Shown piece by piece: positions 10,344 to 23,161 of a stretch of 43,242 nucleotides of DNA (position 1 is its first letter; each line of letters opens with the position of its first letter). The position numbers were made by a program, and so were the translations under genes. Under the pieces are notes generated by a model that was not told the origin of the DNA, ran no database searches, and was given only the letters and a program-made list of their open reading frames with translations. The DNA is from an uncultured Wenzhouxiangellaceae bacterium (GTDB lineage Bacteria > Pseudomonadota > Gammaproteobacteria > Xanthomonadales > Wenzhouxiangellaceae), in NCBI GenBank assembly GCA_964534475.1, contig CAZHRH010000003.1, positions 1 through 43,242 of the forward strand, in the 5' to 3' direction.

Positions 10344-11633
10344 TCAGTCAGTAAACTGTTCTTCTTCGGTGGAGCCAGACAGCGCCGACAGCGATGAATC
10401 GCCGCTGCTGATGACCTGGGTCAGCTGATCAAAATAGCCGGTACCGACCTCGCGCTGATGGCGCGTGGCGCTGTAGCCGACCGCTTCGGCGGCAAATTCC
10501 GCTTCCTGCAGTTCCACATAGGCCTCCATCTGCGACTGTTTGTAGCCGCGTGCGAGCTGGAACATGCTGTGATTGAGGGCATGAAATCCAGCCAGCGTGA
10601 TGAATTGGAACTTGTAGCCCATGCTGCCAAGTTCGTTCTGGAAGCGCTTGATATCGGCCTCGGAAAGGTTCTGTTTCCAGTTGAACGACGGTGAACAATT
10701 GTAGGCCAACATCTTGCCAGGAAACTGCTCGTGCACGGCAGCGGCAAAATCGCGCGCCTGCTGCAAGTCCGGCGTCGCCGTCTCGCACCACAGCAGATCG
10801 GCATATGGTGCGTAGGACAGGGCTCGATCAATGGCCTGATCCAGCCCGTTGTTGACCCGGTAAAAGCCTTCGGCGGTGCGCTCACCGGCCAGAAAACGCT
10901 GATCGCGCTGATCCACATCCGAGGTCAGCAGATTCGCCGCCATGGCATCGGTACGGGCGACAATGATCGCTGGCACATTGCAGATGTCGGCCGCCAGCCG
11001 CGCTGCGATCAGCTTCTGCACTGCCTCGCGCGTCGGCACCAGCACCTTGCCGCCCATGTGGCCGCATTTCTTTGCCGACGCCAGTTGATCCTCAAAGTGC
11101 ACCGCCGCGGCGCCGGCAGCGATCATGTCTTTCATCAATTCATGCGCGTTGAGCACGCCACCGAAGCCGGCTTCGGCATCGGCCAGAATCGGCGCAAACC
11201 AGTCAATATCACCCTCACCTTCCGCGCTTTGAATCTGATCGGCACGCTGCAGTGTCTGGTTGATGCGACGCACCACTTCCGGCACCGAACTGACCGGGTA
11301 CAGCGACTGGTCCGGATACATCTGGCCGGCGTTGTTGGCATCAGCAGCGACCTGCCAGCCGGACAGGTAAATCGCCTGCAGACCGGCCTTGACCTGCTGC
11401 ATGGCCTGGTTGCCGGTGAGCGCGCCCAGTGCATTGACGTAGGGCTGTTGCTGCATGTAGCGCCACAGTTTTTCTGCGCCCATGCGCGCGAGCGTGTATT
11501 CGATGTTGATGGAACCGCGCAGGCGCAGCACATCCTCGGCGCTGTAAGGGCGCGTCACGCCCTGCCACCTGGGCTGCTGCTGCCATTGTTGTTGCAGTTC
11601 GGCGACTTGCCGGGATTGATCGGCTTGATTCAT
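10344..11633 (-). CDS. aceA: Isocitrate lyase
   Basis: The signature KKCGHMGGK is present. The protein is about 429 aa with full-length resemblance to AceA. Confidence 0.95.
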   Translation of the reverse strand: MNQADQSRQVAELQQQWQQQPRWQGVTRPYSAEDVLRLRGSINIEYTLARMGAEKLWRYMQQQPYVNALGALTGNQAMQQVKAGLQAIYLSGWQVAADANNAGQMYPDQSLYPVSSVPEVVRRINQTLQRADQIQSAEGEGDIDWFAPILADAEAGFGGVLNAHELMKDMIAAGAAAVHFEDQLASAKKCGHMGGKVLVPTREAVQKLIAARLAADICNVPAIIVARTDAMAANLLTSDVDQRDQRFLAGERTAEGFYRVNNGLDQAIDRALSYAPYADLLWCETATPDLQQARDFAAAVHEQFPGKMLAYNCSPSFNWKQNLSEADIKRFQNELGSMGYKFQFITLAGFHALNHSMFQLARGYKQSQMEAYVELQEAEFAAEAVGYSATRHQREVGTGYFDQLTQVISSGDSSLSALSGSTEEEQFTD

Positions 11634-11833
11634 GACTTTGGCTCCGGGGTTGATTGCGATGTGGTGAAATACAATTGGTTATTCAATCTGATAACTGCGG
11701 GTTCAGCGCTTGTATGGCGCTGTGCGGCAAGGCGCCGTGCGCATGCAATAGCCATTCACTGCGGGCTGCGCCTTGCTCTGAACGCTGACAGACCAACTGC
11801 ATTCGTACTTATCAGCTTGAGTAACCACTGGCC

Positions 11834-13489
11834 TCAGTCGAGCATGGCATAAGCTGGCAGCGTGATGAACTCGACCAGTGGATCGGACAGATTGATGGCA
11901 TCCAGCAGTCCGGCTGCTTCGGCATATTTGCCGGTCGCGAAGGCTTCTGCCCCCACTTGCTGTTCGATAGCGGCAAGCTGTTGCTGGATCCAGGCGCTGA
12001 CCAATGCAGTGTCAATGTTGCGGCCATCTTCCAGCTTGCCAGCAGCATGGCGGCACCACTGCCACAACTGGGCACGGGCAATTTCTGCCGTGGCGGCGTC
12101 TTCCATCAAATGGTTGATCGGCACACAGCCGTTGCCGGACAACCAGGCAGCAAGATACTGAATGGCCACGCTGATATTGCCGCGCACGCCGGCTTCGGTG
12201 ATGCTGCCGGCGGGACAGGCAACCAGATCCGCAGCACTGACCGCCACGTCCTCGCGCAATCGATGCAGTTGATTGGCCTGTCCTGCCAACTGCTGATCGA
12301 AGATTTCCATGGCCAGTGGAATCAGCCCCGGATGCGCCACCCAGGTGCCATCATGACCTGCCTCGGCCTCGCGCAGTTTGTCTGCACGGACTTTGTCCAG
12401 CGCCTGGGCATTGGCCTGCTCATCGCCTTTGATCGGAATCTGCGCCGCCATGCCGCCCATGGCAAAGGCGCCGCGGCGATGGCAGGTCTGGATCAAAAGT
12501 TGCGTGTAATCACGCAGAAACGGTACCGTCATGGTGACCTGCTCACGATCTGGAAGTACTTTATCAGGATGATTTCTCAACCTCTTGATATAGCTGAAAA
12601 TATAATCCCAGCGCCCGCAGTTCAGCCCGGTGATTCTGCTGCGCAGTTCGTACAGAATCTCGTCCATTTCGAACACCGCGGTAATCGTTTCGATGAGCAC
12701 CGTGATCTTGACCGTACCCGGCTGCAGACCCAGGGCAGACTCCATTGTTGTCAGCGCGCGCTCCCACAGTGCCGCTTCGTGGCGGTTTTCCAATTTCGGC
12801 AGATACAGATAAGGCCCGGAGCCCTTGTCCAGTTGCGCCTGGGCATTGTGATAGAGATACACGGCGGCATCAAACAGGCCGGCGGGGAGCGGTCGATCGT
12901 CGACCAGAACGTGTTTTTCGTCCAGATGCCAACCGCGCGGACGCACGATCAGCACCGCCGGGTTGTCGTTGAGCTGATAATGCTTGCCGTTGGCGGCGGT
13001 AAAGTCGATGTTGCCGTGCACGGCATCGCGCAGATTCACCTGCCCTTCCAGCATGTTGGACCAGCTAGGCGCGCTGGAATCCTCGCAATCGGCCATAAAC
13101 ACTTTGGCGTCGGAATTCAGCGCATTGATGATCATCTTGCGATCCACAGGCCCGGTGATCTCCACGCGGCGATCAAGCAGATCATGAGGGATTTCGGCCA
13201 CTTGCCAGTCGCTATCACGAATGTGCTTGGTTGCTGCCGGGAAGTCGGGCGTTGCACCGGCGTCCAGACGCTGCTGATACTGTTCCCGCGCCTGCAGTAT
13301 CTCGTCTACTTCGTCGCGGTATTGCCTGCCCAGTTGCAGCAGAAGCTGCTGTAATTCAGTGCTGAACAATGCTGCCGGTGCGCCCGTCGGCTGGCTTGTG
13401 AATGCCAGGCCGGCAAGCGTTGCAAAGGCAGCATGAGATGTCTCGTCAGCAGCTTGCGAGCCGCTGTGATGATCCGCCGGGTGATGCAT
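11834..13489 (-). CDS. aceB: Malate synthase A
   Basis: This is an A-type malate synthase (about 530-aa core) with a short N-terminal extension. It lies immediately upstream of aceA on the same strand. Confidence 0.9.
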   Translation of the reverse strand: MHHPADHHSGSQAADETSHAAFATLAGLAFTSQPTGAPAALFSTELQQLLLQLGRQYRDEVDEILQAREQYQQRLDAGATPDFPAATKHIRDSDWQVAEIPHDLLDRRVEITGPVDRKMIINALNSDAKVFMADCEDSSAPSWSNMLEGQVNLRDAVHGNIDFTAANGKHYQLNDNPAVLIVRPRGWHLDEKHVLVDDRPLPAGLFDAAVYLYHNAQAQLDKGSGPYLYLPKLENRHEAALWERALTTMESALGLQPGTVKITVLIETITAVFEMDEILYELRSRITGLNCGRWDYIFSYIKRLRNHPDKVLPDREQVTMTVPFLRDYTQLLIQTCHRRGAFAMGGMAAQIPIKGDEQANAQALDKVRADKLREAEAGHDGTWVAHPGLIPLAMEIFDQQLAGQANQLHRLREDVAVSAADLVACPAGSITEAGVRGNISVAIQYLAAWLSGNGCVPINHLMEDAATAEIARAQLWQWCRHAAGKLEDGRNIDTALVSAWIQQQLAAIEQQVGAEAFATGKYAEAAGLLDAINLSDPLVEFITLPAYAMLD

Positions 13490-13567
13490 GGAAATGACCG
13501 TTGTGTGACAGCCATAGATTAGCTAAATAAGTCAGTCAATGACAAATCATATAAACTGATTCTTATC

Positions 13568-13587
13568 ATTGGAAAATCCAATATAAT
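13568..13587. promoter_or_regulatory. Candidate LysR-type operator (T-N11-A palindrome ATTGGAAAATCCAAT) abutting a TATAAT-like hexamer
   Basis: A perfect 6-3-6 palindrome lies at 13568-13582 in the AT-rich divergent aceB / LysR intergenic region. TATAAT lies at 13582-13587, about 65 nt upstream of the LysR start. Confidence 0.35.
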
Positions 13588-13652
13588 ATAGTGGCAGGCA
13601 TCAATTTTTCCTTATACGTTTATATCAATGGCCAAACCTTACGTTTATTCCA

Positions 13653-14561
13653 GTGTATAAAGGCAATTTACTCAAGCACTTACGTGCATTTACCCACACC
13701 GCATCCAGCGGCAGTGTATCTGCTGCGGCCAGGCAACTGTATCTGTCGCAGCCATCGGTGACACAGCAGATCCAGGCGCTGGAAGCTGAGCTGGGACAGG
13801 TCTTGTTTGAACGCCAGGGTCCGAAAATGCGCCTTACCCAGGCGGGAGAAACGCTGCGCGAAATTGCTGCGCCACTGGTGGCGCGGCTGGATGCGCTGCC
13901 AGATGAGTTTGCCGATGCCTATGGCCAGCTTGATAATGGTGAAATTCGCATCGCCGCCGGCGAATCGACTATCCTGCATTTGCTGCCGCCAATGGTGCGA
14001 CGATTTCGCAGCAAATACCCCGGCATTCGCGTGCAGTTGAAAAATGTCACCGGTGCCGACGGTCTGGGCATGCTGCGCGCTAACAAAGTGGATTTTGCCG
14101 TCGGCTCTATGCTGCAGGTGCCTGATGACGTTAAATATCGGCCGCTGTACAGCTACAAACCGATGCTGATATGTCCACTCAGGCATCCGCTCGGGCGCTT
14201 GCGGCACTTTGATCTGGCTGATATCAGCCCTTACGGCATGATTTTGCCACCCCAGCGGTTGACCACGTACGCACTGATTGACAAGGTGTTTCAGCAACAC
14301 AAGCTGCCGCTGCAGGTGACCATGGAAGTTGGCGGCTGGGAAATCATCAAGCGATACGTCGCTGCCGGCATGGGCATTTCCATAGTCACCAGCATCTGTC
14401 TTGCCGAACGCGATCGTCAGGAGCTTATCGTGCGCGATGTCAGCACGTGGTTCGCCGGCCGCAGTTATGGTCTGGTCACCCGGCGCAGTGCTTATCTGTC
14501 ACCGCAAGCCCGACGTTTTATCGACATGATGACAAGCATGCCCCAGGCTGCGACAATATAA
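13653..14561 (+). CDS. LysR-family transcriptional regulator
   Basis: It has an N-terminal wHTH (SVSAAARQLYLSQPSVTQQIQALE) and a C-terminal substrate-binding domain. It uses a GTG start and is divergent from aceBA. Confidence 0.85.
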   Translation: MYKGNLLKHLRAFTHTASSGSVSAAARQLYLSQPSVTQQIQALEAELGQVLFERQGPKMRLTQAGETLREIAAPLVARLDALPDEFADAYGQLDNGEIRIAAGESTILHLLPPMVRRFRSKYPGIRVQLKNVTGADGLGMLRANKVDFAVGSMLQVPDDVKYRPLYSYKPMLICPLRHPLGRLRHFDLADISPYGMILPPQRLTTYALIDKVFQQHKLPLQVTMEVGGWEIIKRYVAAGMGISIVTSICLAERDRQELIVRDVSTWFAGRSYGLVTRRSAYLSPQARRFIDMMTSMPQAATI

Positions 14562-14564
14562 GGC

Positions 14565-15251
14565 ATGAGCTTGTCAGGCCCCATCGATCCCGCGCACTGT
14601 GCCAGTTTCGACATCGATTCGCAGCGCACCTTCACCCCGCTGTGTCCGCATGAATTGCCGGTGCCCGAAGGTGATCAGATCGCTGCTGAACTGAACGCAC
14701 AGGCGAAACTGGTGCGCTGGCGTCTGGGTTCGAAAGACGCGCATAACATGCAGGCGGTGTGGATCACCGATGATGCGGACAAGATCGGCCAACCCGGAGT
14801 GCCCGGCGACAACGTCGAGGAACACTGGCCGCCACATGCCATTGCCGGCAGCGAAGGTTTCAAACTGCTGCCGGGTCTGCCCCACCCCGCCACTTACGAT
14901 TTCTTCATCTGGAAAGGCGTGGAGCCGGACATGCATCCTTACGGCGCCTGTTATCACGATCTCGCCGAGACCATGAGCACCGGCGTTATCGAATGGCTCA
15001 AGGCACACAACATCAGCCATGTCGTTGCCGGCGGCCTGGCCACTGATTTCTGCGTCAAGGCCACCGTGTTGCAACTGCAGCGAGCCGGCTTGCAGGTATT
15101 GCTGAATCTCGCCGCCTGCCGCGGCATCGATACTGACAGCAGCGCGCAGGCAATCAATGACATGCGCGCGGCTGGCGTCAACTTGTTCACCGATGCCGCT
15201 GAACTTGGCACCAGGCTGAATGCAGCGGATAGCAATGGAGAAGCACGCTGA
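14565..15251 (+). CDS. pncA: Nicotinamidase / pyrazinamidase (isochorismatase fold)
   Basis: The motif GGLATDFCV carries the catalytic Cys, and an Asp lies in FDIDSQRTF. Its stop overlaps the pncB start. Confidence 0.85.
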   Translation: MSLSGPIDPAHCASFDIDSQRTFTPLCPHELPVPEGDQIAAELNAQAKLVRWRLGSKDAHNMQAVWITDDADKIGQPGVPGDNVEEHWPPHAIAGSEGFKLLPGLPHPATYDFFIWKGVEPDMHPYGACYHDLAETMSTGVIEWLKAHNISHVVAGGLATDFCVKATVLQLQRAGLQVLLNLAACRGIDTDSSAQAINDMRAAGVNLFTDAAELGTRLNAADSNGEAR

Positions 15252-16420
15252 TGATCATCGACTTCCTGCTCGACACCGACATTTACAAATACAGCATGAT
15301 GCAGGCGGTGCTGCACCAGTTCCCCGGTGCCGAAGTCGAGTATCAGTTCCGCTGCCGCACGCCGGATATCGATCTGCGACCGCTGAAACGCGAGCTGGAA
15401 CAAGAAATCGAGCACTTGTGTTCACTCAAGCTAGGGCCGGTCGAGCTGAACTTTCTCGCCAGCCAGCGCTACCTGAAAAACGATTTCATCGAGTTTCTGC
15501 GCCTGTTTCATCTGCAGTCGCGCTTTATCGAAATCAGCGAGCACAATGAAGAGCTGCAGTTGACCATCCGTGGTCCCTGGCTGCACACAATCCTGTTTGA
15601 AGTGCCGCTGCTGGCGATCATCAGCGAGTTGTATTACCGCCATCATCACCCACAGCACGAGTTTGCTGAAGGGCGGCGACGACTGCGGCAGAAGATCAAG
15701 CAGGTCAAGGCGCTGGATCGCGCCGATGAATTCGTGTTTGCCGATTTCGGCACCCGGCGACGCTTCTCCCGCGTCTGGCACGAGGAAGTGGTGGCGACCC
15801 TGGCCGCACAACTGCCGAACTCGTTGCGCGGCACCAGCAACGTGCGCCTGGCCATGCAGAATGAACTGGTGCCGATTGGCACCATGGCGCACGAGTTCAT
15901 CCAGGCCGCGCAGGCTTTGGGGCCACGACTGGCCGAGACGCAGCGCTTTGCGTTTGAAGTGTGGGCGCGCGAATATCGTGGCGATCTGGGCATCGCCCTG
16001 TCCGATACCTACAGCCTGAAAGCCTTCCTGCGTGATTTCGACATGTACTTCTGCAAGCTGTTTGACGGTGCGCGGCAGGATTCCGGCGACCCCATCGCCT
16101 GGGGCGAAGCAATGATCCAGCACTATCAGGACAACCGCGTCGATCCGAAAACCCGCAATCTGATCTTCTCGGATTCGCTCAACATCGACAAGGCCGCTGA
16201 AATCTGGCAAACCTTCCGTGATCGCATCAACGTGTCCTTCGGCATCGGCACCAACCTGAGCAACGACACCGGCGTCGAGCCGATCAACATCGTCATCAAA
16301 ATGACTGCCTGCAATGGGCAACCGGTGGTCAAGCTGTCTGACTCACCCGGCAAGGTCATCTCCACCGACCAGGAGTATCTGGCCTGGGTGCGCAATGCGT
16401 TTGATGTGCCTGAGGGTTGA
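15251..16420 (+). CDS. pncB: Nicotinate phosphoribosyltransferase
   Basis: The N-terminus LLDTDIYKYSMMQAV and GTMAHEF are typical of PncB. The length of about 389 aa fits. Confidence 0.92.
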   Translation: MIIDFLLDTDIYKYSMMQAVLHQFPGAEVEYQFRCRTPDIDLRPLKRELEQEIEHLCSLKLGPVELNFLASQRYLKNDFIEFLRLFHLQSRFIEISEHNEELQLTIRGPWLHTILFEVPLLAIISELYYRHHHPQHEFAEGRRRLRQKIKQVKALDRADEFVFADFGTRRRFSRVWHEEVVATLAAQLPNSLRGTSNVRLAMQNELVPIGTMAHEFIQAAQALGPRLAETQRFAFEVWAREYRGDLGIALSDTYSLKAFLRDFDMYFCKLFDGARQDSGDPIAWGEAMIQHYQDNRVDPKTRNLIFSDSLNIDKAAEIWQTFRDRINVSFGIGTNLSNDTGVEPINIVIKMTACNGQPVVKLSDSPGKVISTDQEYLAWVRNAFDVPEG

Positions 16421-16631
16421 ATCAAATTCAATCAAGCATCTGAACCAACATCGGTAACAGTACGACACAAGACCAGCCACAAGGCTGAATGCAGCGGAAC
16501 CAGAAGCCACATGAATTTCAAAGCGGTGAGGTATCTTCTCATGCTTCTACAGGATCCATTGAAGTGTTTAGGAACCTCTGATCAATTATACGCGGAGCGC
16601 GTTCAATTCAAACAGCTTTCCAAGCTTGTAT

Positions 16632-18008
16632 TCACCAGCGTGAATCAACCAGCAGCGGCGGTGGATATTCCTGCGGCGGTGTATCGGCTGTCCACGGCGA
16701 AAAGCGCTCTTTCGGCGGCAATCCTGCCAGCTCCGGGCACCAGTGGCTGATGTATGCTGCGTGTGGGTCGTAGCGGCGGGATTGTTCCACCACATTGAAC
16801 CAGCGTTCGCGAGTGTCGGTGCCGACGCCGGCCTGATAGGCCCAGTTGCCCCAGTTGCTGGCAACATCGTAATCCACCAGCAGATGCTCGAACCAGGCCG
16901 CGCCGGCACGCCAGTCCAGCAGCATGTCCTTGACCAGGAAGCTGGCCACGTTCTGCCGGCCGCGATTGGACATGTAGCCGCTGGCGTGCAGTTCGCGCAT
17001 GTTGGCGTCGATCATGGGAATGCCGGTTTCACCCTGCGTCCAGGCAGCAAACTGGTCTTGCTGGCGCTGGTCTAAATGGTCAAAGGCGCTCAGCCCGTCG
17101 ACGGGCTTGTCATGCAAGCCTGCAATGCGGAACAAAGCGCTGCCGGTGTGTTGCAGCAGCCAGCGGAAATACTCGCGCCAGAGCAGCTCGAATCTGAGCC
17201 AGTAGGTGGATTCGTTGACCGCGACTTCGCTTTCAAAGCGCTCGATTTCCGCCCACACATGGCGCACCGACAGGCAGCCATTGGCCAGCCATGGCGACAG
17301 CTTGCTGGAATCATCGGTCTGCAGCATGCCGTTACGGGTCTGTTTGTAGTCGAGGATGCATTGCGCATCGTGCAGATAATGCTGCAAGCGCTGCAGCCCG
17401 GCGTTTTCGCCACCGCTAAAGCGCGGCGGTTTGCTCTGCGCCTGCTGCAGAATTTCCGGCCAGTCTGGACAACTGCCCAGCAGCGGCTGCGGCAATGATT
17501 TGATGCCAGCCAGCGGCCCAAGCGGCTGCAAACGCTTCTCCACCTTGCGCCGGAACGCGCTGAAGCTCATCGGCCTGCGATCACTGGCAAACGGCATCTC
17601 ATCAAACAAGCGATTGTCGGCGGTCACGCTCACTGCTGCATCTGCTCCGAGCATCTGTTGCAGCGCACTTACCTGCCCGGCTTCCTCGGTGCCGGGAGCA
17701 TCCGCAACATACACCTGCTCAATGCCGTGCTCACGCACCAGCTTTGCGATCAGCGGCGGCGCATCGCCTTGCACCACCAGCAAGCGCTGACCGAGCTGGG
17801 CCAGGCGCTGCTGCAAGTCGCGCAATGATGCGGCCAGAAAGCGCCAGCGATGCGCATGCAGACGCGGCCAGCCCCAGTCGCTCTGCATCTGCAAGCCAGC
17901 ATCAATCACGTAAACCAGCAGCAGCCGATCGCATTCAGTTGCCGCCTGCAGCAGCGGATTGTCGTGCAGGCGCAGTTCACCGCGCAGCCAGACCAGACCA
18001 TGCGTCAT
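16632..18008 (-). CDS. Cryptochrome DASH / photolyase-family flavoprotein
   Basis: WLRGELRLHDNPLL lies at the N-terminus. The FAD-binding region carries the DASH-type motif DYDVASNWGNWAYQAGVGTD. Confidence 0.85.
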   Translation of the reverse strand: MTHGLVWLRGELRLHDNPLLQAATECDRLLLVYVIDAGLQMQSDWGWPRLHAHRWRFLAASLRDLQQRLAQLGQRLLVVQGDAPPLIAKLVREHGIEQVYVADAPGTEEAGQVSALQQMLGADAAVSVTADNRLFDEMPFASDRRPMSFSAFRRKVEKRLQPLGPLAGIKSLPQPLLGSCPDWPEILQQAQSKPPRFSGGENAGLQRLQHYLHDAQCILDYKQTRNGMLQTDDSSKLSPWLANGCLSVRHVWAEIERFESEVAVNESTYWLRFELLWREYFRWLLQHTGSALFRIAGLHDKPVDGLSAFDHLDQRQQDQFAAWTQGETGIPMIDANMRELHASGYMSNRGRQNVASFLVKDMLLDWRAGAAWFEHLLVDYDVASNWGNWAYQAGVGTDTRERWFNVVEQSRRYDPHAAYISHWCPELAGLPPKERFSPWTADTPPQEYPPPLLVDSRW

Positions 18009-18086
18009 GTTTGAATACCTGTGTCGTTGATCACCTGCGACGGTTCGTCACCTGACAGCAAAGAGATTGCCAGAGATTGTGCGACA

Positions 18087-18986
18087 ATGCCAGACATGAT
18101 GAGCAAGTTATTTGACTGGCTGCGATTGTCCGCTGCCTTGTTGTTGCTGCTGCTGAACACGGTCGTGCACGTGCTGCCGTTGCTGTTGGTCGCGCTGTGC
18201 AAGCTGCTGCTGCCGTTACTGGCGGTGCGCAAACTGCTTGATCGTGGCTTGATCGCCATCGCCGAAAGCTGGATCGGCGTCAACAGCCTGGCGCTGGATG
18301 CACTGACCAATACGCATATCCAGGTTGCAGGACTGCCTGAGATTGATCGCAACGGCCACTATCTGGTGCTGTGCAATCACCAGAGCTGGGTGGACATTCC
18401 GGTGCTGCAGAAGCTGTTCAACCGACGCCTGCCGTTCATGCGCTTTTTCCTCAAGCAGCAACTGATCTGGGTGCCGTTGCTGGGTCTGGCCTGGTGGGCG
18501 CTGGATTTTCCCTTCATGCGCCGGCACAGCAAGCAGCAACTGGCCAAACAGCCGCAACTGGCCGGGCGTGATCTGGCCGCGACCCGTCGCGCCTGCAAGA
18601 AGTTTCGTGATATTCCAGTGTCGATCATGAATTTTGTCGAAGGAACACGCTTTACAGACGGCAAGCATGATCACCAGCAATCACCTTTTGTCCATCTGCT
18701 GAAACCACGCAGCGGTGGAACCGCATTGGTGCTGGATGCTCTGGGTGACTGCATTGACACCGTTGTCGATGTCACCCTGGTCTACCCGCAAGGCAGGCCC
18801 GGGTTTCTGCACTATCTGGCCAACCGCGTGCCGGAGATTCGCGTACACATCCGCCTGTTGCCGGTACCTGACGAATTGCGCGGCGGTGATTACCAGGGCA
18901 ATGCCGAGCATCGGCAACGCTTCCAGGACTGGCTGAACCTGTTGTGGCAGGAGAAGGATCGTCGCATTCAGCAGATGCTTGAGTAG
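18087..18986 (+). CDS. Membrane acyltransferase (PlsC/YihG-like, HX4D)
   Basis: NHQSWVDIPV carries the HX4D motif and FVEGTRF is present, with a hydrophobic N-terminus. The track start (GTG at 18021) lies only 12 nt from the divergent cry start, so I prefer the ATG at 18087. Confidence 0.8.
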   Translation: MPDMMSKLFDWLRLSAALLLLLLNTVVHVLPLLLVALCKLLLPLLAVRKLLDRGLIAIAESWIGVNSLALDALTNTHIQVAGLPEIDRNGHYLVLCNHQSWVDIPVLQKLFNRRLPFMRFFLKQQLIWVPLLGLAWWALDFPFMRRHSKQQLAKQPQLAGRDLAATRRACKKFRDIPVSIMNFVEGTRFTDGKHDHQQSPFVHLLKPRSGGTALVLDALGDCIDTVVDVTLVYPQGRPGFLHYLANRVPEIRVHIRLLPVPDELRGGDYQGNAEHRQRFQDWLNLLWQEKDRRIQQMLE

Positions 18987-19201
18987 CCTCGATCCAAATC
19001 ATATTGTGTTGTCATATTGCCTGTGCAGGAGACAGCAATCGAAGCGAATACCGTTGGACCGATACACGGCTGCGATTTTCCAATAACGTTTGCAACGGCA
19101 TGGCCAAGCAGTGATGGTTAATGCCGTCCCGGGCAGCTCTGAAGGCATTGTCGCAATTCAGCGTTGCGTTTTCTTATAGTCTATATTGATGATTTATTAT
19201 T

Positions 19202-19226
19202 AGTTGATTGATCACATCAATCAACT
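19202..19226. promoter_or_regulatory. Perfect 11-3-11 palindrome AGTTGATTGAT-CAC-ATCAATCAACT upstream of katG
   Basis: I read it directly from the sequence. It lies about 90 nt upstream of the katG ATG in an AT-rich promoter region. A second small palindrome, TATAGTCTATA, lies at 19175-19185. Confidence 0.4.
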
Positions 19227-19277
19227 TCATCAAAGTATTCAATTGGACTTTACCCATGCATAAGCATATTCTCATAA

Positions 19278-21530
<2,253 letters not shown>

Positions 21531-21561
21531 TCATACTGCTGGAATAAGCAACAGTTTGTAG

Positions 21562-21587
21562 ACCCGTCGCCCTGCGACGGGTTTTTT
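21562..21587 (+). terminator. Rho-independent terminator after katG
   Basis: A 9-bp stem (ACCCGTCGC / GCGACGGGT) closes a 3-nt loop and is followed by TTTTT. Confidence 0.75.
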
Positions 21588-21688
21588 ATGCTCGGCAATC
21601 GCGCATTCGCGCGCATCATCCGGCAATTAAACATAGCCTCCCCCAGCAGCCGCTTGGCTTTGGCCTCATTTTACAGATCAGAATCTGC

Positions 21689-23161
21689 TCAGTCCCCCAG
21701 CCCACCCTGCAATACGTATTTCATTTCCAGGTATTCTTCCATGCCGTGACGCGAGCCTTCGCGACCGAGGCCGGATTCCTTGAACCCGCCGAATGGCGCC
21801 ACTTCGGTGGAAATAAGGCCGGCGTTGACGCCGACAATGCCGTATTCCAGTGCTTCCTGCACGCGCCAGATGCGGCCGATGTCGCGAGCATAAAAATACG
21901 CAGCAAGTCCGGCGCGGGTATCGTTGGCAATGTGCACCGCGTCAGCTTCATCCCGAAAACGGGTCAATGCCGCCACCGGTCCGAAGATCTCCTCGCTGGC
22001 GATGGCCATGCCGGATTGAATATTGGTCAGCACGGTGGGCGGATAGTAGCGTTGTGTATCCAGCGCACCCAGATCACCCTGCCAGTGGTTTATCGCACCC
22101 TTGCTCAGGGCATCATCAACGAGGCGCTGCACCTTGTCGCGACCGGCCTGGTTGATCAACGGCCCCAGATTGACGCCTGCGCTGGTACCCGGTCCCTGCT
22201 GCATGGACTGGACTTCAAGCTGCAACTTCTCGGCAAAAGCATCATAAACGTTGTCCTGCACCAGAATGCGGTTGGCACAAACGCAGGTCTGGCCGGTGTT
22301 GCGAAACTTACTTAGCATCAGGCCTGCCACAGCGGCGTCCAGATCGGCATCGTCAAACACGATAAACGGCGCATTGCCGCCCAGTTCCATGGCGGTTTTT
22401 TTCACTGTGGCAGCACATTGCTGCATGAGCAGCTTGCCCACTGGCGTGGAGCCGGTGAACGACAGCATGGCGACATCGGGATGACTGCACAGCACCTCAC
22501 CTACCGCCGCCGCCTGATTACTGGTGACGATGTTGAGCACGCCAGCAGGAAAACCGGCTTCATCCGCCAACAGCGCCAGTGCCAATGCTGTCAGCGGGGT
22601 TTCTTCCGACGGTTTGATCAGCACCGGGCAACCGGCCGCCAGCGCCGGCGTGGCCTTGCGCGTGATCATCGCGGCCGGAAAGTTCCACGGCGTGATCGAT
22701 GCCACCACGCCGACCGGCTGGCGCAGCACCTGGATACGACTGTCCGGCCACGGCGACGGGATCAGCTCGCCATAAGCGCGCTTGGCTTCCTCGGCAAACC
22801 ATTGCACAAACGAGGCGGCATAGGCCACTTCGCCCTTGGCCTCAGTCAGTGGCTTGCCCTGTTCGCGGGTGATCAGCATGGCCAGATCATCGGCGTGCTG
22901 CAGCATCAGTTGATACCACTTATACAGTATTTCACTGCGTTGTTTCGCGGTCAGATCGCGCCAGCCTGGAAAAGCGTCATGCGCGGCGCAGACCGCAGCT
23001 TTGCAGTCGTCGGCGCCCAGATCACTGATCTCTGCCAGTACCTCGCCGCTGGCCGGGTCATGCACCGCGAATGTCGCCGCCGATGCAGCCGACAGCCAGC
23101 GGCCATTGATCCAGGCTTTTTGCTGCAGCAGGTCTGCGCGGGCCAATTTGATTGAGCTCAT
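21689..23161 (-). CDS. gabD: Succinate-semialdehyde dehydrogenase (NAD(P)+), aldehyde dehydrogenase family
   Basis: It resembles GabD along its full length. ELGGNAP and the FRNTGQTCVCANR catalytic Cys motif are present. Confidence 0.9.
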   Translation of the reverse strand: MSSIKLARADLLQQKAWINGRWLSAASAATFAVHDPASGEVLAEISDLGADDCKAAVCAAHDAFPGWRDLTAKQRSEILYKWYQLMLQHADDLAMLITREQGKPLTEAKGEVAYAASFVQWFAEEAKRAYGELIPSPWPDSRIQVLRQPVGVVASITPWNFPAAMITRKATPALAAGCPVLIKPSEETPLTALALALLADEAGFPAGVLNIVTSNQAAAVGEVLCSHPDVAMLSFTGSTPVGKLLMQQCAATVKKTAMELGGNAPFIVFDDADLDAAVAGLMLSKFRNTGQTCVCANRILVQDNVYDAFAEKLQLEVQSMQQGPGTSAGVNLGPLINQAGRDKVQRLVDDALSKGAINHWQGDLGALDTQRYYPPTVLTNIQSGMAIASEEIFGPVAALTRFRDEADAVHIANDTRAGLAAYFYARDIGRIWRVQEALEYGIVGVNAGLISTEVAPFGGFKESGLGREGSRHGMEEYLEMKYVLQGGLGD

